Of a stretch of DNA of 33,825 bases, positions 1-9,628 are shown in pieces (position 1 is the stretch's first letter; each line of letters begins with the position of its first letter). Position numbers and translations under genes: made by a program. The notes beneath the pieces are model-generated. The model was not told the DNA's origin, searched no databases, and saw nothing but the letters and a program-made list of their open reading frames with translations. Origin of the DNA: Pseudorhodobacter sp. (GTDB lineage: Bacteria > Pseudomonadota > Alphaproteobacteria > Rhodobacterales > Rhodobacteraceae); contig JBLIGH010000001.1 of assembly GCA_047636855.1 (NCBI GenBank), forward strand, positions 1 through 33,825, read 5' to 3'.

Positions 1-121
1 CGTCCGGCATCGCACTGGAAAAACCAAAGGCTGTCTCAGCCGCAAAACCGGTCTCGCCATGGCGTTAAAATTAATGATGTCAGCCCAGACCAAGTGGCGC
101 AAACTGGATGGCGCCAACCGC
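1..121 (+). mobile_element. IS256-family transposase C-terminal fragment (truncated)
   Basis: Frame from nt 2 reads VRHRTGKTKGCLSRKTGLAMALKLMMSAQTKWRKLDGANR, matching the characteristic IS256 C-terminus. Similarity stops at about nt 121 and no right inverted repeat is visible. Confidence 0.8.
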
Positions 122-123
122 TG

Positions 124-845
124 CGTGACGACCGATTTCTTGATCGTGTTGAGGACTATTGGAAAGACACGCTTGTCCCGAAGATCACCGGCGAAGCTAT
201 CCGCCAAATGGCCCAAAACTGTATCCGGGTGCGGCCAACGCCACTTTGAACCGTCGAGGGATCGTACCGGCGCAAGCGATCATCAACTATGCAGCAGATT
301 TGGAATGGTGCGCGCGGACCAGGGTGAAGCGGTACAAGATGATTTACACCATTTGGCGGCGTTGTGCCTGTTCATGTTTGGCACGGGCGCGCGACGTGGT
401 GAGGCATGTGCTTTGACTTGGAGCGGCGTTGAGCTGTTTCAGAAGAAAGCCATGATCAAACAAACCAAGACTGATGACCAGCGCGTCGCGCACCTGTCGC
501 CACCAGTCATTGCGGCACTGGCAAACATTCCTTCAAACCGCAAACCCGACAGTCTGGTGTTACAGTACGCATCTGGCGAAAGTGTGGGCCAGGTCTGGAA
601 CAACGTTATTGAGCGTGCAGGTATCGAAAAGCTGTCACCCCACTGTTGTCGCCATGGCTTTGCTACCTCGATGTTGCAAGCTGGTATAGATCCAAAGATC
701 TGTTGCGGTACGCGGTGGCTGGAAAGACGTTGGAACAGTTATGAAATTCTATGCCCATGCGATGGATGATCCGACCGTCACAGACGGTGATTTTTGGCAC
801 AAAATAGACACAAGACGAAAGCAGGTTTCGATCAAGTATCTGTAA
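124..845 (+). pseudogene. Phage-type tyrosine recombinase/integrase pseudogene with multiple frameshifts
   Basis: Pieces lie in different frames: RFLDRVEDYWKDTLVPKITGEAIRQMA / LYPGAANATLNRRGIVPAQAIINYAA / LFMFGTGARRGE...LSPHCCRHGFATSMLQAGIDPK / SVAVRGGWKDVGTVMKFYAH. The catalytic R, HxxR, W and Y residues are present but split across frames, and the N-terminus is missing. Confidence 0.85.
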
Positions 846-1004
846 ATAAAAGGAAATATAACAATGACTTGGACTCTTCTTTGGGGAATGGTGTCCTACC
901 GCTGCATCTATCTGTGCGCCTGCACTGGCACAAGCCGTAAAACTGCATTAAAGCGCCGCATAAGCGCAAAAAACCGACACCCTTTTCCACTATCGGAAAC
1001 TTCC

Positions 1005-1886
1005 ATGTATACAGCCATCCTCTTGACCAATCCCGCAACGCCAATGCTGGACCGAGCGACCGTTGAAAGCCTGCGCAATGCTTGGGGCGGGGGGGATGCC
1101 GTTTGGCTGAACCCGATGATCGCCGCAGAGTTCCCGCTAGAGGCGATGCCCGCGAATCGGTGGGAAGCCTGGAAAGGATTGCAGGCACTTGGCATTGATT
1201 TGATCGTTGTCCCCTCGGAGGGCCGGCGTAAAAAGCTGCTGCTGGCCGATATGGACAGCACGATGATCCAACAAGAATGCATCGACGAGTTGGCCGCAGA
1301 AGCGGGCGTAGGGGCGCATGTTGCAGGCATCACAGCCCGCGCCATGAACGGCGAGCTGGATTTCAACGATGCCTTGCGCGAGCGGGTTGGCCTGCTCAAA
1401 GGTCTACCTGAATCCGTTATCGAACAAGTATTCACAAACCGGATCACCATAATGCCCGGTGGTGCCACCCTATTGGCCACAATGAAGGCGCATGGCGCGC
1501 GCGCTGCTTTGGTCTCGGGTGGCTTTACGTCCTTCACTCAAAAAGTTGCGGCGCAGCTTGGCTTTGACGAGAATCGCGCCAATGTTTTGCATATCGAAAA
1601 TGGGGTGCTGACAGGAACGGTGGCTGAACCAATTTTGGGACGCGAAGCAAAGGTTCAGGCGTTGCAAGAGATTTCAGCGGCGATGAACCTTACACCCGAA
1701 GCCGCGATCGCGGTGGGCGACGGGGCCAATGATCTGGGGATGCTGGGTCTTGCCGGAATGGGCGTGGCGCTGCATGCAAAGCCTGCGGTCGCGGTGCAAT
1801 GCGATATTCGCGTCAATCATGGCGATCTGACAGCATTGCTATACGTTCAGGGCTACATATTCGCAGAGTTCGCGACCTCCGGTTAA
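1005..1886 (+). CDS. serB: Phosphoserine phosphatase (HAD family)
   Basis: Motifs ADMDSTMIQQECIDELA, LVSGGF and AVGDGANDLGM. ATG 1005 (MYTAILLTNP) is preferred over the ORF-track start at 864. Confidence 0.95.
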   Translation: MYTAILLTNPATPMLDRATVESLRNAWGGGDAVWLNPMIAAEFPLEAMPANRWEAWKGLQALGIDLIVVPSEGRRKKLLLADMDSTMIQQECIDELAAEAGVGAHVAGITARAMNGELDFNDALRERVGLLKGLPESVIEQVFTNRITIMPGGATLLATMKAHGARAALVSGGFTSFTQKVAAQLGFDENRANVLHIENGVLTGTVAEPILGREAKVQALQEISAAMNLTPEAAIAVGDGANDLGMLGLAGMGVALHAKPAVAVQCDIRVNHGDLTALLYVQGYIFAEFATSG

Positions 1887-1953
1887 CACCTGCTGTCATT
1901 CCTTGGGGCAGGCCGCAGCTTGCCACCCCATCTAAACCCCGAGTATTTTCGGG

Positions 1954-3033
1954 CTATAGCCCCCAATCCGCCCCCTGCATTTCGCGCAAACGACTGGCTG
2001 TGCGTTCAAATTCGAACGATCCCGCACCTTCGATATAAAGCCGCTCGGGTTCGTCCGCCGCCGACATGATCAGCCGCACCCGCGCCTCGTAAAGCGCGTC
2101 GATCAAGATCACGAACCGCTTCGCCTCGTTATAATTGCTGACCGAAAGCTGCGGCACATCTTCCAGCACCAGCACACGCACGGCGGCTGCAATCGCAAGG
2201 TAATCGGCGGGGCCGAGCGGTTTCGAGCACAGCTCCCAAAACGTCGCGCGCCCAACGCCATTGGCAAAGCGGGCCAGCTCGACCTGCCGTCCGTTCACGG
2301 GCAGGCGCAGCGGTTCGCCGTAAGCACCGCCTGACAGGTCGAGCCAGATCGCATTAATCGCCGCCGCCGCCTTGCCCGCTGGATGAAAATACACTTGCGT
2401 CCCGGCCAAACGGTGCTGGCGGTAATCATGCGGGCTTTCCAGCGCCACCACTTGCATCTTTTCGTGCAGCAACGCGATGAAGGGCAAAAACGGTGCCCGG
2501 TTCAGCCCGTCTTTATACAAATCATCCGGCACGCGGTTGGAGGTGGTCACGACCACAACCCCGCCCGCAAGCAGCTTTTCAAACAGCCGCCCGACGATCA
2601 TCGCATCCGTGATATCCGTGATCTGCATTTCATCGAAGGCAAGCAGGCGCACCTCGCGGATAATGGCCTCTGCGATCGGGGCCAGCGGATCGTCCAGCCC
2701 CTTTTTGCGGGCCTCGTGCATGCCACGGTGAATCTCTTGCATGAAGGCGTGAAAATGCACCCGACGTTTAGCAGGGCTGTCTACCACAGCCACGAACAGA
2801 TCCATCAGCATGGACTTACCGCGCCCGACGCCGCCCCAGATGTAAAGACCTTTGGGTGACGGCGCTTCCTTGCGAAACAGCCCTGCCAGAAGGCCTTGCT
2901 TACGCTCGCCCTGTGCCTCGACCCAGACGCGAATAGCCTCCAGAAGCGGTAAAATCGCGTGTTGCACCGGGTCTGCACGAAGCGTCCCAGCAGCAACTTT
3001 CGCCTCGTAAATTTCGGTCAATGTTTCACGCAT
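1954..3033 (-). CDS. zapE: AFG1/ZapE-family ATPase
   Basis: Walker A GGVGRGKSMLMDLF, plus RVHFHAFM, FDEMQITDITDAMI, TSNRVPDDLY and FEFERTASRLREM. Confidence 0.92.
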   Translation of the reverse strand: MRETLTEIYEAKVAAGTLRADPVQHAILPLLEAIRVWVEAQGERKQGLLAGLFRKEAPSPKGLYIWGGVGRGKSMLMDLFVAVVDSPAKRRVHFHAFMQEIHRGMHEARKKGLDDPLAPIAEAIIREVRLLAFDEMQITDITDAMIVGRLFEKLLAGGVVVVTTSNRVPDDLYKDGLNRAPFLPFIALLHEKMQVVALESPHDYRQHRLAGTQVYFHPAGKAAAAINAIWLDLSGGAYGEPLRLPVNGRQVELARFANGVGRATFWELCSKPLGPADYLAIAAAVRVLVLEDVPQLSVSNYNEAKRFVILIDALYEARVRLIMSAADEPERLYIEGAGSFEFERTASRLREMQGADWGL

Positions 3034-3082
3034 AGGGGTGCTTTTAACGTGGGGGCCTAAACGATGCCAGCCCTTCGCACGC

Positions 3083-3343
3083 CTAAAGTGAGGGCCTGAT
3101 CAAAATCATAAAGCCAAGGATCAGCAGCCAAAGTGCAAAGGTCAGCGCCAGCAAGATCAAACGGTCGCGCCGAAACTCTGGCAAGCGCAGGAAAGCGCGA
3201 AAACTGCGCAATGTCGCAACCAACCCCGGCATTGATTGACCCGTCTCTGCGACGGCATAGGCGCGAATCCGAAACAGGCAGCGAAAAGCCCAGAACGCCC
3301 AAAGGGCGAAAACCATGCCTTGAAAGGTCAACCAAATCCCCAC
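3083..3343 (-). CDS. Small hypothetical membrane protein (two hydrophobic segments)
   Basis: 86 aa with N- and C-terminal hydrophobic helices; starts 4 nt after the Lrp stop codon, on the same strand. Confidence 0.6.
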   Translation of the reverse strand: MGIWLTFQGMVFALWAFWAFRCLFRIRAYAVAETGQSMPGLVATLRSFRAFLRLPEFRRDRLILLALTFALWLLILGFMILIRPSL

Positions 3344-3347
3344 GGCC

Positions 3348-3812
3348 CTAAACCGGCAAATCGCGATTGGTCACGATCGCTTCCATCGTGATGTAGGACG
3401 TCACTGTTTCAAGCTCTACCTTCGCGATCATCCGTTGATAGATTTTATCGAAGGCGTTCATATCCTCGGCCATGATTTTCAACATGTAATCATAATCCCC
3501 GGCTAAACGATAAAAATCGATCACATTTGGTATGTTAGACACTTCCCGCCGAAAGGTCTGCAACCAGTCTAGCGAATGATGCCGGGTGCGTACCATGACA
3601 AATACCGTCAGCCCAAGCCCAAGCCGCAACGGATCCAGCCGAACGGTCTGCCCCGCAATCAAGCCGCTATCTTGCAACGCCTTCAGCCGTCGCCAGCAGG
3701 CATTTTGCGACAGCCCCACTTGTTCTGCCAGCTCGCGCTGCGATAGCGACGCATCCCGTTGCAAGCAACGCAGAATGTTACGGTCTATTTGATCTATCTT
3801 TTCGCTTTTCAT
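3348..3812 (-). CDS. Lrp/AsnC-family transcriptional regulator (DecR/YbaO-like)
   Basis: N-terminal HTH (DQIDRNILRCLQRDASLSQRELAEQVGLSQNACWRRLK) and C-terminal RAM domain (FYRLAGDYDYMLK). Confidence 0.93.
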   Translation of the reverse strand: MKSEKIDQIDRNILRCLQRDASLSQRELAEQVGLSQNACWRRLKALQDSGLIAGQTVRLDPLRLGLGLTVFVMVRTRHHSLDWLQTFRREVSNIPNVIDFYRLAGDYDYMLKIMAEDMNAFDKIYQRMIAKVELETVTSYITMEAIVTNRDLPV

Positions 3813-3919
3813 GGGTCATTTGACCCAATTTTTATACCAAACTCAACGTAAAAGAGTACGTTTTTCGGGTTTCCTTTGGGTATTATCTGGAAAAGCCCCC
3901 AAAGACCGGAACCGCCTCG

Positions 3920-5371
3920 ATGCCAAGCACAACCGCGCTGCAAACCTTCGCCCAATCCCTTGCCACCCCCGATATCATAGCCCGGCTCCAAGACGGGCTA
4001 ATTGGCGAAGGCGCCACGTTTGAAAGCCCTTTTGGCATCCAAAAAATCCTTTACGCGGATTACGTCGCCTCTGGTCGCGCGCTTCGGCAGGTGGAAACCT
4101 TTGTGATGGAGCAGGTTTTGCCGTTTTACGCCAATAGCCATACCGAGGCCTCTTATTGCGGCGGGGCGATGACGCAGATGCGCCGCGAGGCACGCATGGT
4201 GATTGCGCAGGAATGTGGCGCGGACGATCGCTTTGCCACTGTTTTCACCGGGTCGGGGGCCACAGCTGGGTTGAACCGGTTGGTGCATCTTTTGGGCGTG
4301 GCAGAGGCCGCGCAAAGCGGTGCCAATCCGCTGGTTTTGATCGGCCCGTACGAGCATCACTCCAACATCCTGCCTTGGCGCGAAAGCGGGGCTGAGGTCG
4401 TCGAAATCCCCGAAGCCGCGATGGGCGGTCCGGACCTGACCTTACTGGAGCAGGCCTTGCAAGGCGCGCAAGGGCGCTTGATTGTCGGTGCATTCTCGGC
4501 CGCGTCCAACGTGACCGGCATTGTTACAGACCCGGACCCGGTGACGCGGATGCTCAAACGCTACGGGGCTTTGGCGGTCTGGGATTATGCCGGCGGCGCG
4601 CCCTACCTGCCAATTGATATGGCGGCGGGGACCGATGCGCAAAAAGATGCGGTCGTGATCTCGGCGCATAAATTCCCCGGCGGGCCGGGGGCTTCTGGCG
4701 TGATGATCTTGCGCAAAACCGCTGTTGGCAGCCGCCGCGTGTCGCAACCCGGTGGCGGCACGGTGCGGTTTGTCTCGGTCACTGCGCATGACTTTTCCAC
4801 CGACATCGCCACCCGCGAAGAGGCGGGCACCCCAAATGTCATCGGTGATATTCGCGCTGCCCTTTGCTTTTTGGTCAAAGCTGCCATCGGGCAGGCCTAT
4901 CTGGATGCACGCCATGCTGATTTGCGCGCGCGCGCTTTGGCGGTCTGGGCGCAAAACCCGAATATGCAAATTTTGGGAAACAAGGCCGCCAAAGCGCTGC
5001 CGATCTTTTCGATCCGCATTCGCGATGCCGCGCGGGGTGGCTATCTGCATCACCAACTGTTCACCCGCCTGTTGTCGGATTTCCACGGCATTCAGGCGCG
5101 CGGCGGTTGCGCCTGCGCTGGCCCCTATGCGCATCGCTTGTTGGGCATCGACGCTGCGCAATCGGCGCAGATTCGCAGCGCCATTCTGCGCGGCGAAGAG
5201 CTGGAAAAACCCGGCTGGGTCCGGTTGAACCTGTCGGCCCTGATGGACGCCGCCAAGGCCGATCACATCATTGCCGCCGTTGATGCCTTGGCGCGCAATC
5301 CCTACCCGATGGTCGATATCTACACTTGCGACACGGCGGCGGCACAGTTTCGCCCCTCGCAAGCCGCGTGA
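3920..5371 (+). CDS. Class V PLP-dependent enzyme (cysteine desulfurase/lyase-like)
   Basis: Motifs YADYVASGR, EHHSN, PLP lysine motif SAHKFPGGPG, EAGTPN and RGGCACAGPY. Confidence 0.9.
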   Translation: MPSTTALQTFAQSLATPDIIARLQDGLIGEGATFESPFGIQKILYADYVASGRALRQVETFVMEQVLPFYANSHTEASYCGGAMTQMRREARMVIAQECGADDRFATVFTGSGATAGLNRLVHLLGVAEAAQSGANPLVLIGPYEHHSNILPWRESGAEVVEIPEAAMGGPDLTLLEQALQGAQGRLIVGAFSAASNVTGIVTDPDPVTRMLKRYGALAVWDYAGGAPYLPIDMAAGTDAQKDAVVISAHKFPGGPGASGVMILRKTAVGSRRVSQPGGGTVRFVSVTAHDFSTDIATREEAGTPNVIGDIRAALCFLVKAAIGQAYLDARHADLRARALAVWAQNPNMQILGNKAAKALPIFSIRIRDAARGGYLHHQLFTRLLSDFHGIQARGGCACAGPYAHRLLGIDAAQSAQIRSAILRGEELEKPGWVRLNLSALMDAAKADHIIAAVDALARNPYPMVDIYTCDTAAAQFRPSQAA

Positions 5372-5437
5372 AATCTGGCACTGGTTTCAACGCTTAAATG
5401 ATGGCACAGTTGCCGCGTCCCAAACCGAGAACCAATC

Positions 5438-6031
5438 ATGCTGGCCCGTCGTCATTTTCTGACCATCACCTCTGCGATGATGTTCCCACTGCCTGCCCAC
5501 GCGGCCGAGCCCGTGGGCGAAGCGGTTTTGGTGCGTGGCCCCTCAACCTTGCTGCGTGCAAATTCAACCCGCGCTTTGCAAGAACAAGCCTCCCTGTTTG
5601 AGGGCGATTTGGTGCGGACCGGCGAAGATGCCTTTGCGCAGCTTTTGCTGGACACCGCAACCCGCATCAACCTTGGCCCGCAAAGCGAGATTGGCGTGGA
5701 TAAGTTCATCGCCGATTTGGGCGGCGAGATTACGATTGGTGGGGCCATTGTGTTTGACCGCCCCGATGATCTGCCCAAGATCGACCTGCAGCTCCGCTCT
5801 AGTTTCGGTCAAATTGGTGTGCGCGGTACAAGGTTCTTTGCCGGGCCCAGCAATGGCAGCTACGCCGTGTTTGTGGATCGCGGCGCGGTGACGGTGACGG
5901 CAGGGGGCGTTACCCGAAATGTCGGGCCGGGTCAGGGCGTCAATCTAGCGGGCAATGACGCAGCGCCAACCGAGTCTTCGGCATGGGGGCAGGCCCGCAT
6001 CGACGCCGCATTTGCCAACGTCGGTTTATGA
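5438..6031 (+). CDS. Exported FecR-domain protein with Tat-like signal
   Basis: MLARRHFL...AHA signal; FecR-like core LFEGDLVRTG...TRINLGPQS...IGVRGTRF...VFVDRGAVTV. Confidence 0.82.
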   Translation: MLARRHFLTITSAMMFPLPAHAAEPVGEAVLVRGPSTLLRANSTRALQEQASLFEGDLVRTGEDAFAQLLLDTATRINLGPQSEIGVDKFIADLGGEITIGGAIVFDRPDDLPKIDLQLRSSFGQIGVRGTRFFAGPSNGSYAVFVDRGAVTVTAGGVTRNVGPGQGVNLAGNDAAPTESSAWGQARIDAAFANVGL

Positions 6032-7879
6032 CGCATCCACCAGCGTAAACAGCGCCAAACGCCCAAAACTGCGTACCTCATATTCGCCCAAGGCCCGCAG
6101 CGCGACACTTGCTTGCGCCGCAGCCCCCGGCCCAATGCAAATGCTTGTTCCCAAATCCTTATTCAGCGCCTCTAGCCTTGAGGCAAGGTTCACCGCATCG
6201 CCATGTGCGGTGTAATCGATCTTGGCCCCGGACCCGACATCGCCCAAAATCGCGGGCCCGGTCTCGATCCCGATCCGGGTTCGGCCTAGCCCCGCCGCCT
6301 GCATCTGTGGCAGCAGCCGAAACGCCTCGGTTTCTTGCGCAATCTCGGCAGCGCAGGCAAGGGCTGCATCGACGTGACCGGGCAAATCCAACGGCGCGTT
6401 GAACAGCGCGTGAATACTGTCGCCCACGATTTTATCGATCATGCCGCCGTGGCGCAGCACGATCGCACAGGTCAGCGTGAAATAGGCATCCAGCACCTGC
6501 ACCAAGGCCTCTGGCCCCAGCTTTCGCGTCGTCTGGCTAAAGCCCTCGATATCACTGGTTAGCGCGGTCACCTCGCGCGCCTCGCCTTTCAGGCGGAAAA
6601 GCGACGGGTCATCGGCCAGCCGTGTCACAACCGACGGCGGCAAAAGCTGCCCGATCCTGCGTCGCAGCTGCGCCTCTGCCCGGCCAGAGGCCCAAGCCTT
6701 ACCGATCAGCGCCAAAGTCGCGGCTGCCAATACGACCAAAGCGGGTAAAAGCGGGTCTGACAGATGCAGGCTTTGCCGGGCGTGCGCAATCGCTGCAAAC
6801 CCCCAGATCGATGCAAGCGCCACCGACAGGCCAAGCCCCGGCAAGACCGGCAAAGCGAAGGTTAACCAGATCGCCGTGATCCCGGCCACAAGGGCAAAGC
6901 CAGCCTCCCATCGCGGGGCCGCAGCGGCGCGGTGCGGTACTGCCCCCGCCAATAACCCGCGCGCCAGATCGGCTTGTATTTGCACCGAAGGGTGCAGCGG
7001 ACTGGTGGCCGTAGCCCGCAACCCCCCACTTTGGGGCAAGCTAGAGCCGACAAAAACCACGGCCCCCGCCACGCGATTTTGCCATTCTGCCGGGTCAAGT
7101 GCCAGAATCTGTGCCGCGTCCAACGTGGTCTTTGGCCATTCGTTCGGGCGGCTTGGTTGAAACCGCAATTGCGCCTCGGCATCCGCCATCAACATCGCCT
7201 GCCCGATCCGCAACCATATCCCGCCATTGCGCGCAGTCAAAACCGGCGCGCCCCAGCCCTGCGCCACGCGAACCGCCTCGACCGCAAGCGAGGGGTAGGG
7301 AATAGCCGCGACCGCCACCAAAGCAGGCACATTGCGGACTTTGCCATCCGCTTGGCCCAGCAATGACACGGCCCCTGCCCCTGCAGCACCTTGGGCAAAG
7401 ATCGGGCAAGCCGCCTCTGCCCCCGCCGCCGACCAGATCGAGCGGGCCGCCAATGTTTTGACCGCAACGGCGGGTGCGGGGCTTGGCGGCAATGTTGCGC
7501 GGTCGCTTAGCAAGAACCCCAAAACCACAGGGGATTTGGCAAAAGCCAGCGCAAGCGCGTTCGTCACGCCCCCCGCAGCACACCCCCCCGAAAACACCAT
7601 ATCGAAGGCGATAACCTTGGGGCTGGCCGCAGCCAGCTTCTCCACCAACCGCGCTGTCGCTGTCCGATCCCAGGGTTGGCCCGCATCATCCGTAGCGCCA
7701 ATATCAACGACCAAAACCGGCAAAGCAGGCCTTGGCGCGGGCATGATAGAGATCATCACTGCGTCGAACAAACGCGCTTGCCAACCGCGCAGCGTGGCAT
7801 TTGGACTGGCCAGAAAACCCGCCAAGATCAGCACCACACAGGCAGCCAAGATTGCAATGCTGCGCCGCCAGACCCTCAT
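6026..7879 (-). CDS. CHASE2-domain membrane class III adenylate cyclase
   Basis: CHASE2 motifs (LVVDIG...PWDR...VIAFDMVF; DGKVR; YPSLAVEA), three TM helices, and catalytic motifs SDIEGFS, IDKIVGD and DYTAHGDAVNLASRLE. ATG 7879 overlaps the crp stop codon (ATGA). Confidence 0.92.
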   Translation of the reverse strand: MRVWRRSIAILAACVVLILAGFLASPNATLRGWQARLFDAVMISIMPAPRPALPVLVVDIGATDDAGQPWDRTATARLVEKLAAASPKVIAFDMVFSGGCAAGGVTNALALAFAKSPVVLGFLLSDRATLPPSPAPAVAVKTLAARSIWSAAGAEAACPIFAQGAAGAGAVSLLGQADGKVRNVPALVAVAAIPYPSLAVEAVRVAQGWGAPVLTARNGGIWLRIGQAMLMADAEAQLRFQPSRPNEWPKTTLDAAQILALDPAEWQNRVAGAVVFVGSSLPQSGGLRATATSPLHPSVQIQADLARGLLAGAVPHRAAAAPRWEAGFALVAGITAIWLTFALPVLPGLGLSVALASIWGFAAIAHARQSLHLSDPLLPALVVLAAATLALIGKAWASGRAEAQLRRRIGQLLPPSVVTRLADDPSLFRLKGEAREVTALTSDIEGFSQTTRKLGPEALVQVLDAYFTLTCAIVLRHGGMIDKIVGDSIHALFNAPLDLPGHVDAALACAAEIAQETEAFRLLPQMQAAGLGRTRIGIETGPAILGDVGSGAKIDYTAHGDAVNLASRLEALNKDLGTSICIGPGAAAQASVALRALGEYEVRSFGRLALFTLVDAS

Positions 7880-8586
7880 TCGCAAGCCGGCTCTGATAGG
7901 CGCCGCAGCTTTGCTACATCGCATTCCATCACGTCGCCATCACGCAGCACCGCCCCAAGATCGCGCAAGGATTGCAGCGCGCGGTTCACTTTGGGACGTG
8001 TCGCCCCCAGAACCGCCGCAATATCGGATTGATTGATTTCCAGCCGAAGCAATGGGTTTGGCGGCAAATCATCGCCATGAATTTGGCGCAGCGTGAACAG
8101 CAAGAACCGCGCCAGACGCGCTTCCAGATTGTACAGCGCGATGCCTTCCAATTGGTCGGTCGTATCGCGCACCATCCGGCACAGGTAATGGATGATCGCC
8201 ACGCGCAGATCAGGCTCGCGCGCGGCAATGGTGTCGAAATCGCGCTTGGTCAGGATAAACGCCTCGGTCGCGACCAGTGCCACCGCATCTGCGGATCGTG
8301 GCGCATCATCAAACAGCGCCACCTCGCCCATGATATCGCCCGCCTCGACGTGACGCAAAACCAGCTCGCGCCCCAGCGCCGTACTGATCGCCATCCGCAC
8401 CCGACCCGAGACAAGCGCAACCAGATAATCGCCCGCATCCCCCCGCTGAAACAGCACCATCCCGGCAGGCCATTCCCGCCATTGCGCCGCTTCGGAAATC
8501 TGCGTCAGAATCCGATCCTCAAGACCTTCAAACAGCCGAAATGACCGCCAGAAGGCCATCTTGCTGCTGATCCTGTCGCTCGCCAT
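7876..8586 (-). CDS. Crp/Fnr-family cNMP-binding transcriptional regulator
   Basis: cNMP pocket GEVAL...PRSADA and HTH QSDIAAVLGATRPKVNRAL. AAGGAA lies 9 nt upstream of ATG 8586; GTG 8592 is an alternative start. Confidence 0.93.
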   Translation of the reverse strand: MASDRISSKMAFWRSFRLFEGLEDRILTQISEAAQWREWPAGMVLFQRGDAGDYLVALVSGRVRMAISTALGRELVLRHVEAGDIMGEVALFDDAPRSADAVALVATEAFILTKRDFDTIAAREPDLRVAIIHYLCRMVRDTTDQLEGIALYNLEARLARFLLFTLRQIHGDDLPPNPLLRLEINQSDIAAVLGATRPKVNRALQSLRDLGAVLRDGDVMECDVAKLRRLSEPACE

Positions 8587-8811
8587 TGGCACAAATTCCT
8601 TGATGAATATGCACAGAAGCTAACGCCTGCATCCCAAGCGGAAAAGGGTGTTCTTTTGGCAGGCGTGCAAAGCGGCGCGCCTAAGCATGGTGAACGCGCC
8701 AAAAACAGCACGTCCAGAGGGTGCGCGTCAAATCTGACCCGGCGTTCCAACCATCCGCAACTTCATCGGCTTAGGCGGAAGGCCGAAACGCTTGCGCCAC
8801 AACAATCGTGC

Positions 8812-9555
8812 CTAAATCGCGAGATATTGCGACCGTAGTTTTTCGTTTTCCAACACCTCTTGCGCGGACCCGTCATAGACAACGGTTCCAGTCTCCAGAA
8901 TGATCGCGCGATCTGCAAGCTTCAAAGCGGCGACGGCATTTTGTTCGACGATCACAGTTGTAATGCCTTGATCGCGGATAATCCCAAGCGTCTTGGCGAT
9001 TTCTTGCACAATGACCGGCGCAAGCCCCTCGTAAGGCTCGTCCAACAGCAACACTTTGATGTCCCTTGCAAGCGCGCGGGCGATGGCCAGCATTTGCTGC
9101 TCGCCGCCCGACAAAGTCACGCCTTCTTGTTTGCGCCTCTCGCCAAGCCGCGGGAACAGGTCATAAAGCCGCTCAATCGACCAACCGATAGGGGGTGCAA
9201 TCTGGGCCAGTTGCAGGTTTTCCTCGACGGTCAGGCCCGCGATGATGCGCCTGTCTTCTGGCACCAAAGCGATCCCGGCGGCGGCTGCTTGATGCGCTTT
9301 CATCTTGTGCAATGGCGCATGATCAAGCCAGATTTCACCGCGTGTCAGCTGCGGATCCCCAAGCCGCGCAATCGTGCGCAGCGTAGAGGTTTTGCCCGCG
9401 CCATTGCGGCCCAGCAAGGCCAGAATCTCGCCCTCGTGAATATTGAAGCTGACATCCTGCACGATGTAGCTTTCGCCGTAATAGGCCTCGATGTTCCAGA
9501 CCGACAGAAAGGCCGGGGCATGGCTGGCGTGGCTCGTGTTCGGATTGAAGCTCAT
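8812..9555 (-). CDS. livF: Liv-type ABC transporter ATP-binding subunit (LivF-like)
   Basis: Motifs GRNGAGKT, LSGGEQQML and LLLDEP. Confidence 0.9.
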   Translation of the reverse strand: MSFNPNTSHASHAPAFLSVWNIEAYYGESYIVQDVSFNIHEGEILALLGRNGAGKTSTLRTIARLGDPQLTRGEIWLDHAPLHKMKAHQAAAAGIALVPEDRRIIAGLTVEENLQLAQIAPPIGWSIERLYDLFPRLGERRKQEGVTLSGGEQQMLAIARALARDIKVLLLDEPYEGLAPVIVQEIAKTLGIIRDQGITTVIVEQNAVAALKLADRAIILETGTVVYDGSAQEVLENEKLRSQYLAI

Positions 9556-9628
9556 CTAAACCTCTGTGTTGATTGGTCGTTTGCGGCGCGCAGATCAGCA
9601 GCGCCTTTTCGGTTAGAGCGCAACATTT

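Noticed and set aside
830-920. Possible tRNA-derived att site downstream of the integrase remnant
   Set aside because: The position fits, but I cannot match the sequence to a tRNA fragment or find a direct-repeat partner in the window.
864-1004. N-terminal extension of SerB (similarly the ORF-track extensions of budC, queD, queE, the cyclase and 18802..19329)
   Set aside because: Downstream ATGs have better RBSs, stop-start coupling or family-typical N-termini.
8599-8615. FNR/CRP-like box upstream of crp (TTGAT-gaat-ATGCA)
   Set aside because: Poor second half-site and it overlaps the RBS region; not distinguishable from chance.
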